This document shows positions 23,101-34,551 of a stretch of 64,000 nt of DNA, in pieces (the first letter of the stretch is position 1; each line of letters begins with the position of its first letter). The DNA is from Schizochytrium sp. TIO01. Lineage: Eukaryota; Protista; Bigyra: Labyrinthulomycetes. The position numbers were made by a program, and so were the translations under genes. The notes under the pieces were generated by a model. It saw only the letters and a list, made by a program, of their open reading frames with translations, was not told the DNA's origin and did no database searches. Where the stretch lies: assembly GCA_004764695.1 (NCBI GenBank), contig SMSO01000007.1, forward strand, positions 2,542,024 to 2,606,023, in the 5' to 3' direction.

Positions 23101-23783
23101 TTCACACGATGCTGCAAATAGATTTGTGAATCTCCAGCAGAAGCCTTCTTGGCAAGTCGGGTCCATGTGGGATGAAAAATACTGCCGTGGACATCAAGGA
23201 CACCCTTCCCTACAGCAACAATTCCCTTGTACCAAACAGATGCTGCACTGGATGGCCTAATGCCATGAAGTGTTACTGTGATTTTGCTATGCAAACGACA
23301 TGTCTCCGAACCAATTGAGAGATGTCCATGAACAAGCATGCCAGTGAGGTTAAACATGATATCTTCATCTGCGAAAACGAGAGAAGAGGACTCCGGGATG
23401 GTGATCTTGCCGAACACAACATCAGATGAGACGGAGCAACCGCCAAGAAGGACATTGGAATTCTCAGGAAGAGTTACATCCTCGCCATCACCAGGCACAG
23501 CCCCGCCCCAGGTATTGGGGTCTTCCCATGCCAGGAGATCAACTTGCTCATATGGACAGTCAGCCTTGGCTGTATACCCCGAGGGAGGATAGTTTGGGGT
23601 ATAACGTAAGGTAACAGTCTCTGTGGATGATGCCATGTTGATGAGTTCTGAAGTAGAAAAGCTTGGTCCTGAAGGATAGTCGGGCGCTATGGCAGTCTTG
23701 GTTATTGTACAAGTGCTGCCCGCCGCAAAAGTGGCTTGACAAGCCATTGCGGAGAGGAGCACGAGATAAATTCGAGCATTCAT
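20163..23783 (-). CDS. Secreted G8-domain / beta-helix protein (CEMIP/TMEM2/fibrocystin-like) with two C-terminal PAN/Apple modules
   Basis: Signal peptide; WEDPNTWGGAVPGDGEDV (G8 start); EVGLLSRNIIIQG; FGGH; GVELYRMGQ..MARYPFHLH; IHHSFYRCATIHGT; CQQECADKEGCGAFTY and CQEACLDREACLFWNY. Confidence 0.92.
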   Translation of the reverse strand: MNARIYLVLLSAMACQATFAAGSTCTITKTAIAPDYPSGPSFSTSELINMASSTETVTLRYTPNYPPSGYTAKADCPYEQVDLLAWEDPNTWGGAVPGDGEDVTLPENSNVLLGGCSVSSDVVFGKITIPESSSLVFADEDIMFNLTGMLVHGHLSIGSETCRLHSKITVTLHGIRPSSAASVWYKGIVAVGKGVLDVHGSIFHPTWTRLAKKASAGDSQIYLQHRVNWQAGQTVVLTGTEIKDSRDWHRNEQRKIENVEISGEFSRITLTEPVDYTHYSGSEYQGEVGLLSRNIIIQGDETSEPTDTANTICEHSSFGTYPCEHTYLTGFGGHTMSIGSAATARFEGVELYRMGQTNVMARYPFHLHLMEAGGKGSYLKHSSIHHSFYRCATIHGTNHSLIQDNVAFDAIGHCFYSGEDGVEENNTVSYNLASHVHFMEFPRTASAQYMADVYSSDKLTQPADVTASGFYITNAYNRYYGNAASGGYAGFAIVKMPTAIMHYRDLKFDPGLSPHQRPFLEFDGNTCHSTGIWWSMGGCIYVGGKLTQPDEDSDTLVYNPGREVSGRDTKCLTKPKSSNPSNRYSDCPLEFNNTKVFLANYGINNWGSRGTIRNYEAHDVIRPVAILGQHYVTNLLGVCRTKTFTPERPGTHYYEKRWFNTHMFWEWYDTYQAHILDGVTARNCGDAATNSPVWRFLTHSDRYVPGFLQATRNVKYENIDRSMLIQPSVSSFLSVSGWLSNWLDADGSVHGAEDGSSGPKIIGAARDGIEWWHTDDSCFKENDFYVCNQISATTGNRRGIASFSVVHDPQWPPLVTSGAVCSNGNKNIECPKLGRVVHLGYHAQRGLSEDSGLPLSANTVVTGPVNGFGWLFLFDSGSPVEATFKLAQIDEDDNVILVFPYPAGTTFDIKYVAASWCGTSWAECEHPFTAVSSVAALLAGNGDNYFFDSESGLLYFRFLQQVMGSLDFSETPGYGKLGTTYFVNSGLRIPPVMWGGTLVLKASGCTKNSTNSNYCEKSSYDLTNVCENYGYAAGTEPVAFDSCSANAEFVITEGTYIVPTKLNKLTTITGVASSTDCQQECADKEGCGAFTYYGRRKKCILLKEGDYEFVVKSTWSSGLLSSTGKSSSIQYCQNKRTRYSGTTVSILPKIKNWKLCQEACLDREACLFWNYKLKGSGKMNCELLADSDGEAQKDSAYTSGPRLCVE

Positions 23784-26049
23784 GGTTGCTTTACCTTTAT
23801 TTCAGTATATCGCATATGTGCAAATGATTTACTGGTGGACCTGGCAAATCGATTCAGGTTTGCTAGTTCAGACGGAAAATGTTCTCTAAACTCACACGAG
23901 TGCACGGAGGCACACTTTATTTCTGGTTTTCTACTCTTAATATTTTATATGAGACAGTCTTTTTCGATTCAAAAGTGAAAAATAAAAAGACTCTTCTTGC
24001 CCTTTTGCTTGTATGCACCTATTCAGGTTGCTCAAATTCATACCAGATGTGGGGTCGTGGTTGTAAAGATCAACGCATTGGTTGCATCGCGTGCAGGTCA
24101 TTGTGAAAAGATGTGTGCCTAAGGGATACATACCTTCATTTGTTAGAAAGACGAAAACTCTGGTCATTATAACTCATACTTCCAAGGCTTAACCGCTATG
24201 TATCCGTACTTTTACGTGGGATTGGCTGTTGCGCTGTAGAGGCGGACTCTACTGCTATAGGATAGACCTCCCTACTGTCCACAGCTCCAGCGGCGCGACA
24301 GGAGTCAGCCCAAACAGCTTTGTGACTTTGCTCCAGTGTCTTGGGAGATCCGGCAGGTTCACTTCAAGTGAGCAGGTAGGCAAGTACCTACCCACCCAAG
24401 TAGATATCAACTTTGGAGTTTACCAGACAGAAAACTGAAGAACATTTACTGGTGGGAAGTCCCCTGTTGTACAATAAATGTATCTCGGGGCTGAGATACA
24501 TACACACAATGTCCGTTGTCCGACGTTTTTTATTGATACCAGTGATGGACAACAACAACAATTTTGCAGATTGAACAAACAGTGTATAATAGACACAAAC
24601 AGAGATGGTTGCCTGCAAAAACTGACTGTGCAGCCACTAAACTAGCTATCCTTCTTTTGTCCCACGCCCACACAGCACGATGCACTCACAGACCAGGAAG
24701 GAATCGATCTGGAAGAAGCTAGAAAACCCTAAAGAAAAATTTTACTATTAACTTTTAATTAAAAAAAATAAACATTGAACATTGCTCATATTTATCTTAC
24801 TTTCTAAATAAAATAAATGGAAGAAAACTTTATCGTTATCAACTCTCGACGGCCCGACCCCAAGCGCAAAACTTTGCGAGTCATATTTCAAAATGAATGT
24901 AAAACGAATCGAAGCTATAAACTTATAAAACAGGCCTCTGCGAGACGGCCTACTTATAGTTGCGCGCTCGTACGTTTCTCTTTCTAGTAAACATTAATTT
25001 TATACTATCAAATATCCTGTAAGTTCTTCGTTACTTTTCTGCTCTGCGCAATGAATATTCCTCTTTTTAAATTTGAGATTAAGTGCGTATATAGTTTTGC
25101 ATGCGTTATATTGCCTCCCAAACCTCCATTAATCATTGTCTTACTTTACACAGGTGCGACGACTCTTCAATGTGTTTCTAGGAATGTTATTTCCATGACG
25201 CCGGTGGATGAACTCATACCAAAAATTACAAAGATCTAAAAATGACTACTAGTGAAATCTTGCATGTTGAAATAAAGACATCACAAATAAGAGGTAGGTA
25301 GGTAGGTAGGTAATATCTTTAACACGTCAGAACTAAGCTAAATACCTTCCAGAAAACGGGGGAATTAGAAAGGTATTGCATCTGTTTGATGTTGCAATGA
25401 AAAGAAATATAGAAGTATAGACATCTTCTCATACTACAGTTATTATTTTTGCGCGTAGAAGAGAAAACATAATTTTGAGGGATCTTTTCTTTTTTAAAAG
25501 CGCTGAATCCCCCTCTCAAAGTTTGGTTTGATCCATACGAAGCCAATTTTATTTCTAAATTGCTTTAAGCTGTACTCTGAGGTATTCGATGCAATGATAC
25601 CTAAGATCGTTACTTTACTGCTAAAGCTACAGCAAGAATTGCCGTCGCAACGTAGACTTGTGCATGACAGCCATTTCAAAATAATGCTGGTTATTTACTC
25701 AGTTCAATAGCCTGACTGCCAAATTTTGATACTTTTTTAGATGAACAGCTCTTTCAATATGTGGTAGTGGCGGAATGATGTTAAAGCTTTTTCATGATTC
25801 TCCATCAAGAAGATATCAAATTAAAGCCTTTCTTCATGTAGGTATGTATTGCAGAGTAGCCTGTGCTGTGACCTTGTCAAGGTTGGTCTCACTAGGCTGT
25901 TTTTTAAATGCAATTTGAAGCTGTGCCCAGGCAGCGCGACCTTCACGTCCATCGTGAGATTTACCATAATGTAGTAGTTGTTTTTGAAAATTTGGACCAG
26001 CTTGATTGCTGAGTAAGGTGAAAAGTGCACTGTCTATTAGACGTTGTCT

Positions 26050-26775
26050 CTAAGGGTTAATGGTAGCTTCAATTTCTTCAGGAGTACATCCATGGTGATC
26101 CATGTATCTCATTACATTAGCTGACCAGGTCTCCCAGTTACTGCCCATTAAATCGAGAGAAGATCCTATAGGAATCTTGTTGATTCTAACGATTAGAATG
26201 TCGCGAGAACGGTCCGTTGTTTTGAATGAGGAGCGGGAGTGAGACTGACGTCTCCGCGAAGAGTCGTCATTCAATTCTTCTAGGTCATCGTCATAGTCGT
26301 GGTCATGGAGATGATCCATCGTCTTCTGACTTTCTTCATAAAGCCTTTTGTACTTTTGTAGTTTTTCCTGTATCTTTTGAAATTCTTCCGCAGAGGGATC
26401 ACTCTGGCTCTCGGTGTTCGCCGATTGGCTCGTCTTGCTCCGCCTGCTGTCTCTCGAGGAAGTCATCGTGTCGACGTTCTTGAGGACTGTGTATAGTTTT
26501 CCTACTTTGAAAAGTTTACTCTATCTCTGATGTTGAGCTCGTCTGATCTTCAAGATGTCTAGGAAACGAGTTGTTTCGCTCGAGTCTTCCTGGCGTATCT
26601 TGGGCCTATAACCTAGTTCTCCTGTCCGTTGGACTGACATCATGCATTCATCTCTGTCTGTATCCAGACCTAAAACCCCGATATCTCATATATCATCCTC
26701 TTTCTCTTTCTCCTGAGTTCGTCATCCTTGTCAGACTACCTCTCCACGCTTCACAACACAGGCTACTCTGCAATA
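26050..26775 (-). mobile_element. Decayed Ty1/Copia 5' end: LTR (26775-26614), half-tRNA-iMet-type PBS (26613-26601), truncated gag-like ORF (26466-26050)
   Basis: Minus strand reads TATTGCAGAGTAGCC... then GGTTATAGGCCCA (one mismatch to the copia PBS GGTTATGGGCCCA). The ORF contains LMGSNWETWSANVMRYM, resembling the Copia gag N-terminal LxGxNYxxW motif. An LTR-start copy lies inverted at 25847-25870. Confidence 0.7.
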
Positions 26776-28279
26776 GTATGTACTGTAAAAGCTCTTGCAG
26801 AAAGCTGACTCCTAATCATCTAGAGTTTGACTAGCTATAGTTTTGAAAAGCATTGTTGAAGACTTCAGAAGACGTTGTGTACTAAAGGCTTTCAGAGGGA
26901 GCTCTATCTGCCGGACTTAACGATAAATACCAAGGTAAATTTGTTAAAATTTTATCTACGTAGACTAAAGCAGACTTGATCTGTACTGTGCACAACTGAA
27001 AAGGTGAAGTTGTTTCTCCAACCACTAATTCAGGTTCTCCTCTGATGAATTCACTTACAATGTAGTGCACTTTAATCTTGTGGATCTCTTAGCTTTACAC
27101 CTACGATTCTGATTTTCTAGTTCTTATCCTATACTGGTCCTAATACTTGAGGAGTTGCAATATTGTGTCAAGGGCTCTGGCTATGTTTTGCCTACACGAT
27201 ACTCTTACTTGTGATGTCAGCAGTGTTTGAAGTAAAGCCAAGTGGCTAACCTATCCTAACCCAATCTTCCGATCTGACACTAACCATCCCGTTTGTTACA
27301 CCTGAAGATCTCAAACAATATCCATGGCATTAATACTATCCATCACTTTCTTCAGTAGCCATCATTCAACCACTTGCTAGGGTTTACTGCCTTGTAAGAC
27401 TACCTCTACACACTCCACCGTACAAACCAATATTCATTCTGGTGTCAACCTTCGAAATATTCAATTTAATGAAGACAGGGGTGTTATGTAATGCATAAAA
27501 CCGAGGAAGTCAGGTGACCTCGCCTCCTCAACTATTAATTCAGATTTTAGCTTACTACTTTACATAAACAAGACTCAAGTGTATCTCAGGTTTTCGACTT
27601 CCCTCTGAATGTCCGGACTCAATTCCATATAAGCCAGAGTCCCTACAGCCTCCATTTGTTTACAAGAAACTCCGTGAATGATCCTTTGATGAACGATTGA
27701 AGCAAATGATCTTTGATACTATGGCCATGCAAATACTTTGCAAGCACAAACACAACATAGACCGACGTACTCTGCTACAGCATGATCTCATTAGCAAAAA
27801 CTATTAAATTTGCAAACAAAGTTCCTCCTAACGTTATTAATCAAACCAGCTGGACTGAGGAAAACAATTATAATATAGCGAACTAGAGCAAGAAGCACAA
27901 ATGTATAGACAGAAGCTTGCATGCATAATCTGCTTCGGTCTGTGATCAAGAATAGAGGCTTCCCGCTCTTAAGACATAATTCAAGGTCAGAGTTAAACCT
28001 AGTCTTCCAGACGAGAGTTCTATTCTTAATTTTCTAGGCTGATCTGTCTCACTGCATTCCAGCTTTTGGCTTTTATCGTCCCCTGCCATTTCGCCTTCAC
28101 TACATTCAGAAACTCCAATGGTGACATCAAGGAGGACAAGTTGAAAGAGGATTCTGGTGAGTCAGGATTGGGATAAAGTGCACGAACTCTAAAATATCAG
28201 AACGACCGAAAATGTGCAGATTATCAAGTTGAAAGAAATGTTTTGCGAAGTAGCATAAAACTCTCTTGACCAAAGATCA

Positions 28280-29008
28280 TACTCAGAGGTCATTTCAGAT
28301 GTAACACAAGACATTGTCCGCCAAGGTGAACTGTGTTTACACAACACGAATAGTTCAGATGACTTTATATCGTTTGAGTCAGAAGACCAAATGTTAGTCT
28401 ACTTTGCCAAGCTTGTTCGCGAGTATTCGATCGAATTCATGATTGGCTACAATAGCAACAAGTTTAACATGCCTTATATTCTTTTCTAAGCCGGATGGAT
28501 GTTCTTGGTATTCCCAACGCAAAAGAAATGACATGGAGGCGTGGGTGTAAATTGAGCTTTGAAAAGGTATCTCGTTCCAGTAATTAAAGTGGAGTTGTGA
28601 CGTGTGTATTTACAGTTCACCTAGTGTGACCATGATGGATATGTTAGAAGTATTGAAGGGTGATGTTACACTGCGGCTCCGGTCATATTCGTTGAAATCT
28701 GTTTGCTCACATTTTTGGCACAATGACAATAAAGAGGATCTCAGGTATCGTGATATTCCTGTTTTTTTCAAGAGTCCCCAAGGAAGAGCTACGATAGCAA
28801 AATACTGTCTAAAGGAAAGGATTCACTTTTGCTGTTGTCACTTGACCGCGTTGCATCGTTAATCGTCAAATTGCTTGGTATGGCTAGTGTCCTTGGAACA
28901 AATGCCAATGTAGTCTTGGACAAGGGGATTGTATTTAGGCTTATTAGCAAGATTCAACATTATACTCGTGCATTAAAGTTTCTCATCCCGAGTTTTACCA
29001 AATTCTAA
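28280..29008 (+). pseudogene. Family-B DNA polymerase fragment (exonuclease region), frameshifted and with stops
   Basis: Stitched translation: FESEDQMLVYFAKLVREYSIEFMIGYNSNKFNMPYIL (ExoII) ... DMLEVLK..LRSYSLKSVCSHF..NKEDLRYRDIP..RATIAKYCLK/DSLLL (ExoIII) ... GMASVLG..VLDKG..FLIP. It ends before polymerase motif A. Confidence 0.88.
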
Positions 29009-29087
29009 ATACGCACTACCAGAATATTAAGAGGTTTACTATATTTTAAAATGTGTCCTACTGAGTGTATCGATCAAGTTGGCCTCT

Positions 29088-29618
29088 ATGAATGTGAACT
29101 ACGTTGCGAGTACAGTTGATTCTATGGGGGAGGCTATTACCCTTTCTGAACCAACTTACATTCCCTTCCACTTGACAACCGAACTAGTCGCCACACCCCT
29201 TGAGGGTACACAACAGCTTCCGATTAAACATAGTGCAACGAATCAGAAGACGCAAACGCTCAATTTAGTTGCTGCAATTTCAAGCGTTGAGACCTTTCTA
29301 GAAAACACAGGCTCTAGGTGCATTCACCTTAAATACTTTGGTGTGCCTTATGATCTTATTGTGTTCAAGCATAATCATGCACTTGATGAAGCAAGTACCT
29401 CACCGTTCGACATCATGGTTAATCCCAAAGTCCGGGAGGTTTCTGCAACTTTGCAAAAGCGCCAAGTAGAAAACGTTTATGGAGAAATGGATTATATTAA
29501 GTTACCGAGTTACCTAATCATGGATTATAAGAACGCTGACTTGGAGAGTCAATATGGTGAAAAGTTCACTGATGAACTAGGTTATTGTCTTTTTGGGTAT
29601 TATCTTCGTAAAACTTAA
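29088..29618 (+). CDS. Hypothetical protein, weakly peptide-deformylase-like, lacking HEXXH
   Basis: Intact ORF. CIHLKYFGVPYDLIVF...IMVNPKV...IMDYKNADL...FTDELGYCL follows the order of deformylase structural elements without the catalytic motifs. Confidence 0.55.
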   Translation: MNVNYVASTVDSMGEAITLSEPTYIPFHLTTELVATPLEGTQQLPIKHSATNQKTQTLNLVAAISSVETFLENTGSRCIHLKYFGVPYDLIVFKHNHALDEASTSPFDIMVNPKVREVSATLQKRQVENVYGEMDYIKLPSYLIMDYKNADLESQYGEKFTDELGYCLFGYYLRKT

Positions 29619-29716
29619 GAGAAAACTTAATCGATTTGAAATAAAGAATGAAGTTCAGCCATCTCTACTGCATAAGGGTCAGCAGTGTTGTATTGTGAAA
29701 CGATATACATATTATC

Positions 29717-31639
29717 TTATCGCTTGACTGCACCCGTCGCACCTCCACTAAGTTTGCGTTCTTTTGCCTCTTTATATGGAATGGGTGCGAATGAAGCAGA
29801 ACAAAAATCGATCAGAAAAACCTTGACGGGCTCCGAATCACTTGTTTGATTTTCAAGGAGAGTAAAGTTTGCAAGACGAATATCACCATGCAAAATACCC
29901 AACTTATGTACAGCCTTTAGGCTCTTGACACAAGCAGCCAGCAGTCCAGGAAGACTCCGTGTTCTACTATCAAGTTTATCTAGACTTGTACCACACTTGG
30001 CAGTTGCAATCATGACCCGAGAGAGGGTGAACTCACCCCCAAAAATCATAAAGGGTACGTGGATACCTTGAAGTTCTCGCAAAGGTCCAGTGTACATGTT
30101 TACTTCATTTGCGAATGTTTGCTCTGCCAAATCAACAAATTCATGCGGAAGTGGCCGACGCGTGAATTTGATCACTATCTCGATACCGCCTCTCCAGGAA
30201 ACACTTGAAGTAGTTGCGATTTGTGAAACAGATAGCTTAGTCCAGGAATGGTCACACAGTAACGGAATTGACATTTCCTTCATAGTCAAAGGGAGCACAT
30301 CAATCAATTCTTGATTCTGATTACCATCTTGCGAGGGAAAATGCTTTTCAAATATGGATTCCATCCGATTGATGCGCCTGTTGCGATTACGTGCAGATCC
30401 CTAGTTCGCCCATTTATGATCCATAAAGAAATAGGTTCTTGTATTTATTTTTATGATAGGTCTTTGCTTCGCTTGCCTAACCTTGAAATCATCAAGGGCA
30501 CAAAGCAAAAAATCGTGCAAGATTGATGTAACTGATCTGTTTCCCACCACAAAAGATTGAACGGCATCGCTTAGGTATAGTTTTGGATTCTCGTCAAGTT
30601 TGCAGAACCAAGTATTCTCGCTCGTGCTTAGTATGCCAAAACATATATTTTCAGCTAGCATATAAGCAACGAGTTGGCTCACTGCATGAAATAGTTGCGT
30701 ATTGGTTGGAGGCATTTGAACGTCAACAAGCCCTAATTCGTTGGCGTCGTTCGAAAGCTCTGATTGAGGGCGCATATCAAGCTGCTCTTCTTCAAAAGCA
30801 GGGTCATCAACGTAGCTGTCACCGTAGTACAATCTACAGATATCAGGAGAGATAGGTGGGTAAACTGGCTCCAGTCTGCTAGCATCTTCAGGTGAAATTG
30901 AGCTAATATATTGGGGCTGTTGGGATCTTCTGTCATTTGGAACTTTGTAAGGGGACTTCAGTTCCATTGGACAAAAGCACATGCCACCCACTGTAGCTGC
31001 AACATCTATTCTTGTTCCAACGTTGGTAGAAACCTCTGGAAGGCGTTCGATCATTTTCTCTGGGAAAACACGGTGAATTACATTAGTGACGCAGTTATAG
31101 GGACCATTAATTAGATCTCGTGCAGAGGCCTCGTTTCCAGCCAAGTTGAAACTTTCCAAAATGGTAAACGCGTCATCTGTCGCGTTCAGGGTGATTTTTT
31201 TACGTTGTAATACATCCAACTTCTCGTCCAGTTGAATGTCATTGTCAAAGCTGACCCATCGGAGAACTCCACTAGGAGGAATCATATCACACGGTTGTGG
31301 ATTGGTGGTTGTATTGGATTCTGGCATCCAATAAAAACTTCTGCTAAGTCACCGTGCGAGGACAACTTCTGCACGTGGAAATGCTCTAGACTCAGCCGCA
31401 TCCGCACAAGCCCTTTCAGTGTCTGCACGAGCCCTCTCTCTAGCTCCTTCCGCAGCCTCTTGTAGTGTCTCAAGTGATATTACTGCAGATTGAAACGATT
31501 CATTCTCTCTATCATCATCTAACATTCTATCCAGGTTTGCGATAGCATTAGAAATTTCGTGATCTCCCAGCTGAGCAAGTAACTGGTTCCGTCTAGGGCG
31601 TCTCATCCTACCCACATGCCTCGCCTGATCGTCTGTCAC
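29717..31639 (-). pseudogene. Helical N-terminus + PD-(D/E)XK nuclease-like domain + protein-kinase-like domain (Crinkler/RHS-type architecture), interrupted by two in-frame stops
   Basis: ORFs 31349-31639, 30401-31327 and 29717-30364 share one frame, separated only by TGA (31351-31349) and TAG (30403-30401). Motifs: RIDVA..PMELKSP, AVSQLVAYM..FGILST..TWF, VHKLGILHGDIRLANF, VFLIDF. Confidence 0.8.
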
Positions 31640-31875
31640 AGAATCGCCGTTTGCAAGTCTTCGGATTATAGTGACTATATCCTCAAGTGATATAATATAG
31701 ATAAGTGTGGTGTGAGAGACCTTGTAGGGTTGGGCCCATCCTGCCTAGCTGTGCGGCCGCGCGTATCTCTGCTGCTGCTGCTGCTGCTGCTCATCGTTGC
31801 TGATTTGCTTGCGTTTGTAAGTCCATCACTCTTATGCAGAACCCCCGCCGCTCCCTTAAGTAACCCTTATGAATT

Positions 31876-32547
31876 CTAATTGGCGGGGCAATCCTGAAAG
31901 AGGTTGCCTGCAAAGTTTGAATCTGTTACACCTGCACCCTGATAGTCACCGATACTCATAGACTCAGAGATAGTAAAGTACATTGTGTCAATCTTGGTGT
32001 TGTCACCCGTAAATAAACGGCCTCCACAGCGGCAAGTTTCGAACAATGCCAACGGATCCGCTGCTGTTGCTGCTGTTACTTTAGTCGCTTCGGTGTAGAG
32101 AAATGCGTCTTGGGAGGGTCTAAGCAATGGAATTGGGTCTGGGACAAAGGAGTTAAGTAGCCCCGAAAAGAGCACACGAGCGGTCCTTCCATTTCCAAAT
32201 GCAGAGGGTTTGAGAAACAGGAACTTTGCTATGAATTCTGTCGCAACGTGCAAAGCATCTTGCAATGCGGCGGATTCTACATCTTTTACACCTTGCTTTC
32301 CTGTGATCGAGAAAGGTGTGGTTTGGTATTTTATAATGAGATTCCTCAGTGCGCGATCAAGAAGCCCAGGGGTTGGATGAACAAGTGGAATTCTTGCCAA
32401 ATCACAGGTAATTTGGTGGCGCCTGTATGAGAATGCGGACGCACTTCGCAATTTGCTGCTGTTGCTGCTGTGGGGCTGGCCGGGGACGATTGCGTTAAGC
32501 TTACAGAGAAACGAAAAGGAAAGCCTGCCATTATAATGTATTGCCAA
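31876..32547 (-). pseudogene. Fic/Fido-like domain ORF with a non-canonical motif and no suitable ATG
   Basis: ATEFIAKFLFLKPSAFGNGRTARVL versus canonical HPFxDGNGRxxR. The frame is bounded by an upstream TAA with no ATG before the domain, so it is a relic or an internal exon. Confidence 0.6.
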
Positions 32548-32837
32548 CTTGTAAGCTTCTACGAGGTTGGTTCTGTTTTTTTATTCGGTTTCCAGCGCTG
32601 CTCGCTGTAAAAACCAAGTTATCAAGGCGCTGTTTTGCAGTTCGCAGCGCCTCCTTGCTTCTCGCGCTAGTTCACTCAAGTCAAAGCTGGTCATTCTGCT
32701 GTTGTGTCTGTTTTTTTAAATATTAAATTTGCTTGGTTGATGAAAGAAGTGCAGAGAGATTTAAATTTATTCATTCTTCTTATGTTTATGAATAAAAGTA
32801 GATTGCTATTTTTGCTATGTCTTGCTTCCTTGTTAAA

Positions 32838-33293
32838 TTAAACCCAAGGTTCCATTCGTTCTCTGGAGAGCCGCACGTCAAAAATGACACCATCGTTCGC
32901 ACCGGTAATTAAGGTGCTAGAGAGTGTGACATCAAAAAGATAATTGCCGTAAGAAAAGTCCTGCTTTTGAATGTCTCCTAGGTAGTCAATGTCTAGCTCA
33001 GGGAGGCAAATTTCGCCTAGAAAGCCGCGCATTCGGGCTGGTGCAATGTAAACTCTATCCCCGTCTTCTTCAATTAAGACAAGATCCGATTCTTCAAGAG
33101 AGAGTACCTCGTGCGCAGCTGCTGAAACGCACATGGCCACTTTGGCATTGTCATACTTGTATGCAAATAGAATGACCGTCTCACTAAGCAACTCGAGAGA
33201 GTATTCAATATTGGCTTGATGAAATCCAACATCTTCTTCCTTTCCGTAATCCACATAGAAATTCGGTAACCGAGCCATTTGTTTTCTAGGCAT
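32838..33293 (-). CDS. Hypothetical protein (151 aa)
   Basis: ATG at 33293; protein-like acidic composition; no recognised family. Confidence 0.5.
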   Translation of the reverse strand: MPRKQMARLPNFYVDYGKEEDVGFHQANIEYSLELLSETVILFAYKYDNAKVAMCVSAAAHEVLSLEESDLVLIEEDGDRVYIAPARMRGFLGEICLPELDIDYLGDIQKQDFSYGNYLFDVTLSSTLITGANDGVIFDVRLSRERMEPWV

Positions 33294-34551
33294 TCGATTG
33301 CTTTCTTCTTGTTTTGGTTCTACGTTTCTCTTGGGTTTGGGCCGGTTCTGCAGTGGATTACTTGGAAACACACGCGCAAAAAAAAGTAACAGAGTGCCAA
33401 TAATAAACAAATTTGGGTTTGGATCGTCGTCAATTTCGTCCTCCTTCCTCTCGCACACTTTGAAAGACTAGATATGATATTGTTGTAGCTCTGCATAAAG
33501 GGGGGTGCAAGCTACAACAAAACAAAAGTTGCGTGTCTCTTGATGTTTTCTAACCGTGAAAAATCTTCAAACAAACTTGGGCCGATTGGAGTTCCTGTCT
33601 ACTTACCTATCTACAGATTTTGAGGTACAAAACACGATGAGGGCAGTGCTGTTGTCACAAGGTCATTTTCCACTTCTTAACAAGAACAAAGTTATGGAGG
33701 ACTAATTTATTGAGTCCCTGTTTCTTTCCGAGAACAAAACAAAGGAGAGATGGGAGAGAAGGAGGAACAAGATTCGGAAATGATCAGACTTTATTCATTT
33801 GTTTTGAGCAGGTAGAACCCTTAAATTGCTAGCTTTCTATACCTCTCGAAGCTCAGGAGCAGGGGTGCGAGTGCAGTGTTCTCTTGACAATCAATTAAAG
33901 TATAACAGCGAAGTGTGTACATAGATATGTATGTATAAGTAGAACGTTCACCATCCCACTCCCTAGACCTGGACAAGATGGACCTTGCCAGCAGCTCCTG
34001 AATGTTAATGCTAACCATTTTTTCCTTCATCCCTCTATCTACGCTATCTCTTGGTGAACGCCTCACACTAACTTGCAATACAATTGCAGAATGCAAAGAA
34101 GATCTTTGCATCTAAAAGGACACCTAAAAGGAATACTTTTCTTTTGGGGGCCAAGATAATCATTAGTTTATTTTCCAGATAGGCAAAAATCTTCTAGAAG
34201 TAGACAAATGTAATTTAAAATATTGCACAGGAGCTGAACACAGCACAAGTGGTTTGTCTCAAGTATCAAGTCCCAGAAGTTTGGCGAAAGCTATGGTGAA
34301 GCGTCTGCGACCACCTCATTGTCACTCTAGTCGATCTGCATACGAAATGGTAATCGGAATGCAAACTTTGCCCTGCATGCAAGTGATTTAGTCGGTGAAA
34401 ATAGGCGCCTTGCACGAGTGAACAAGCTCGCTGACGTATATCATTAGCATGCGTTCAAGGAGATTTAGACTCTGCACAATGATGTTGCCTGTTTTTTAGT
34501 TGTTCGAAAGGGAAAAACGGGAAGGAAAAAAAAAAAAAAAAAAGGAAAAAA

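Noticed and set aside
26882-27100. Possible Copia RNase H tail (KIKVHYIVSEFIRGEPELV)
   Set aside because: Weak similarity and no PPT before the adjacent LTR.
29717-31639. Alternative genetic code or selenocysteine explanation for the in-frame stops
   Set aside because: Two different stop codons are involved, and neighbouring genes terminate normally with TGA, TAG and TAA.
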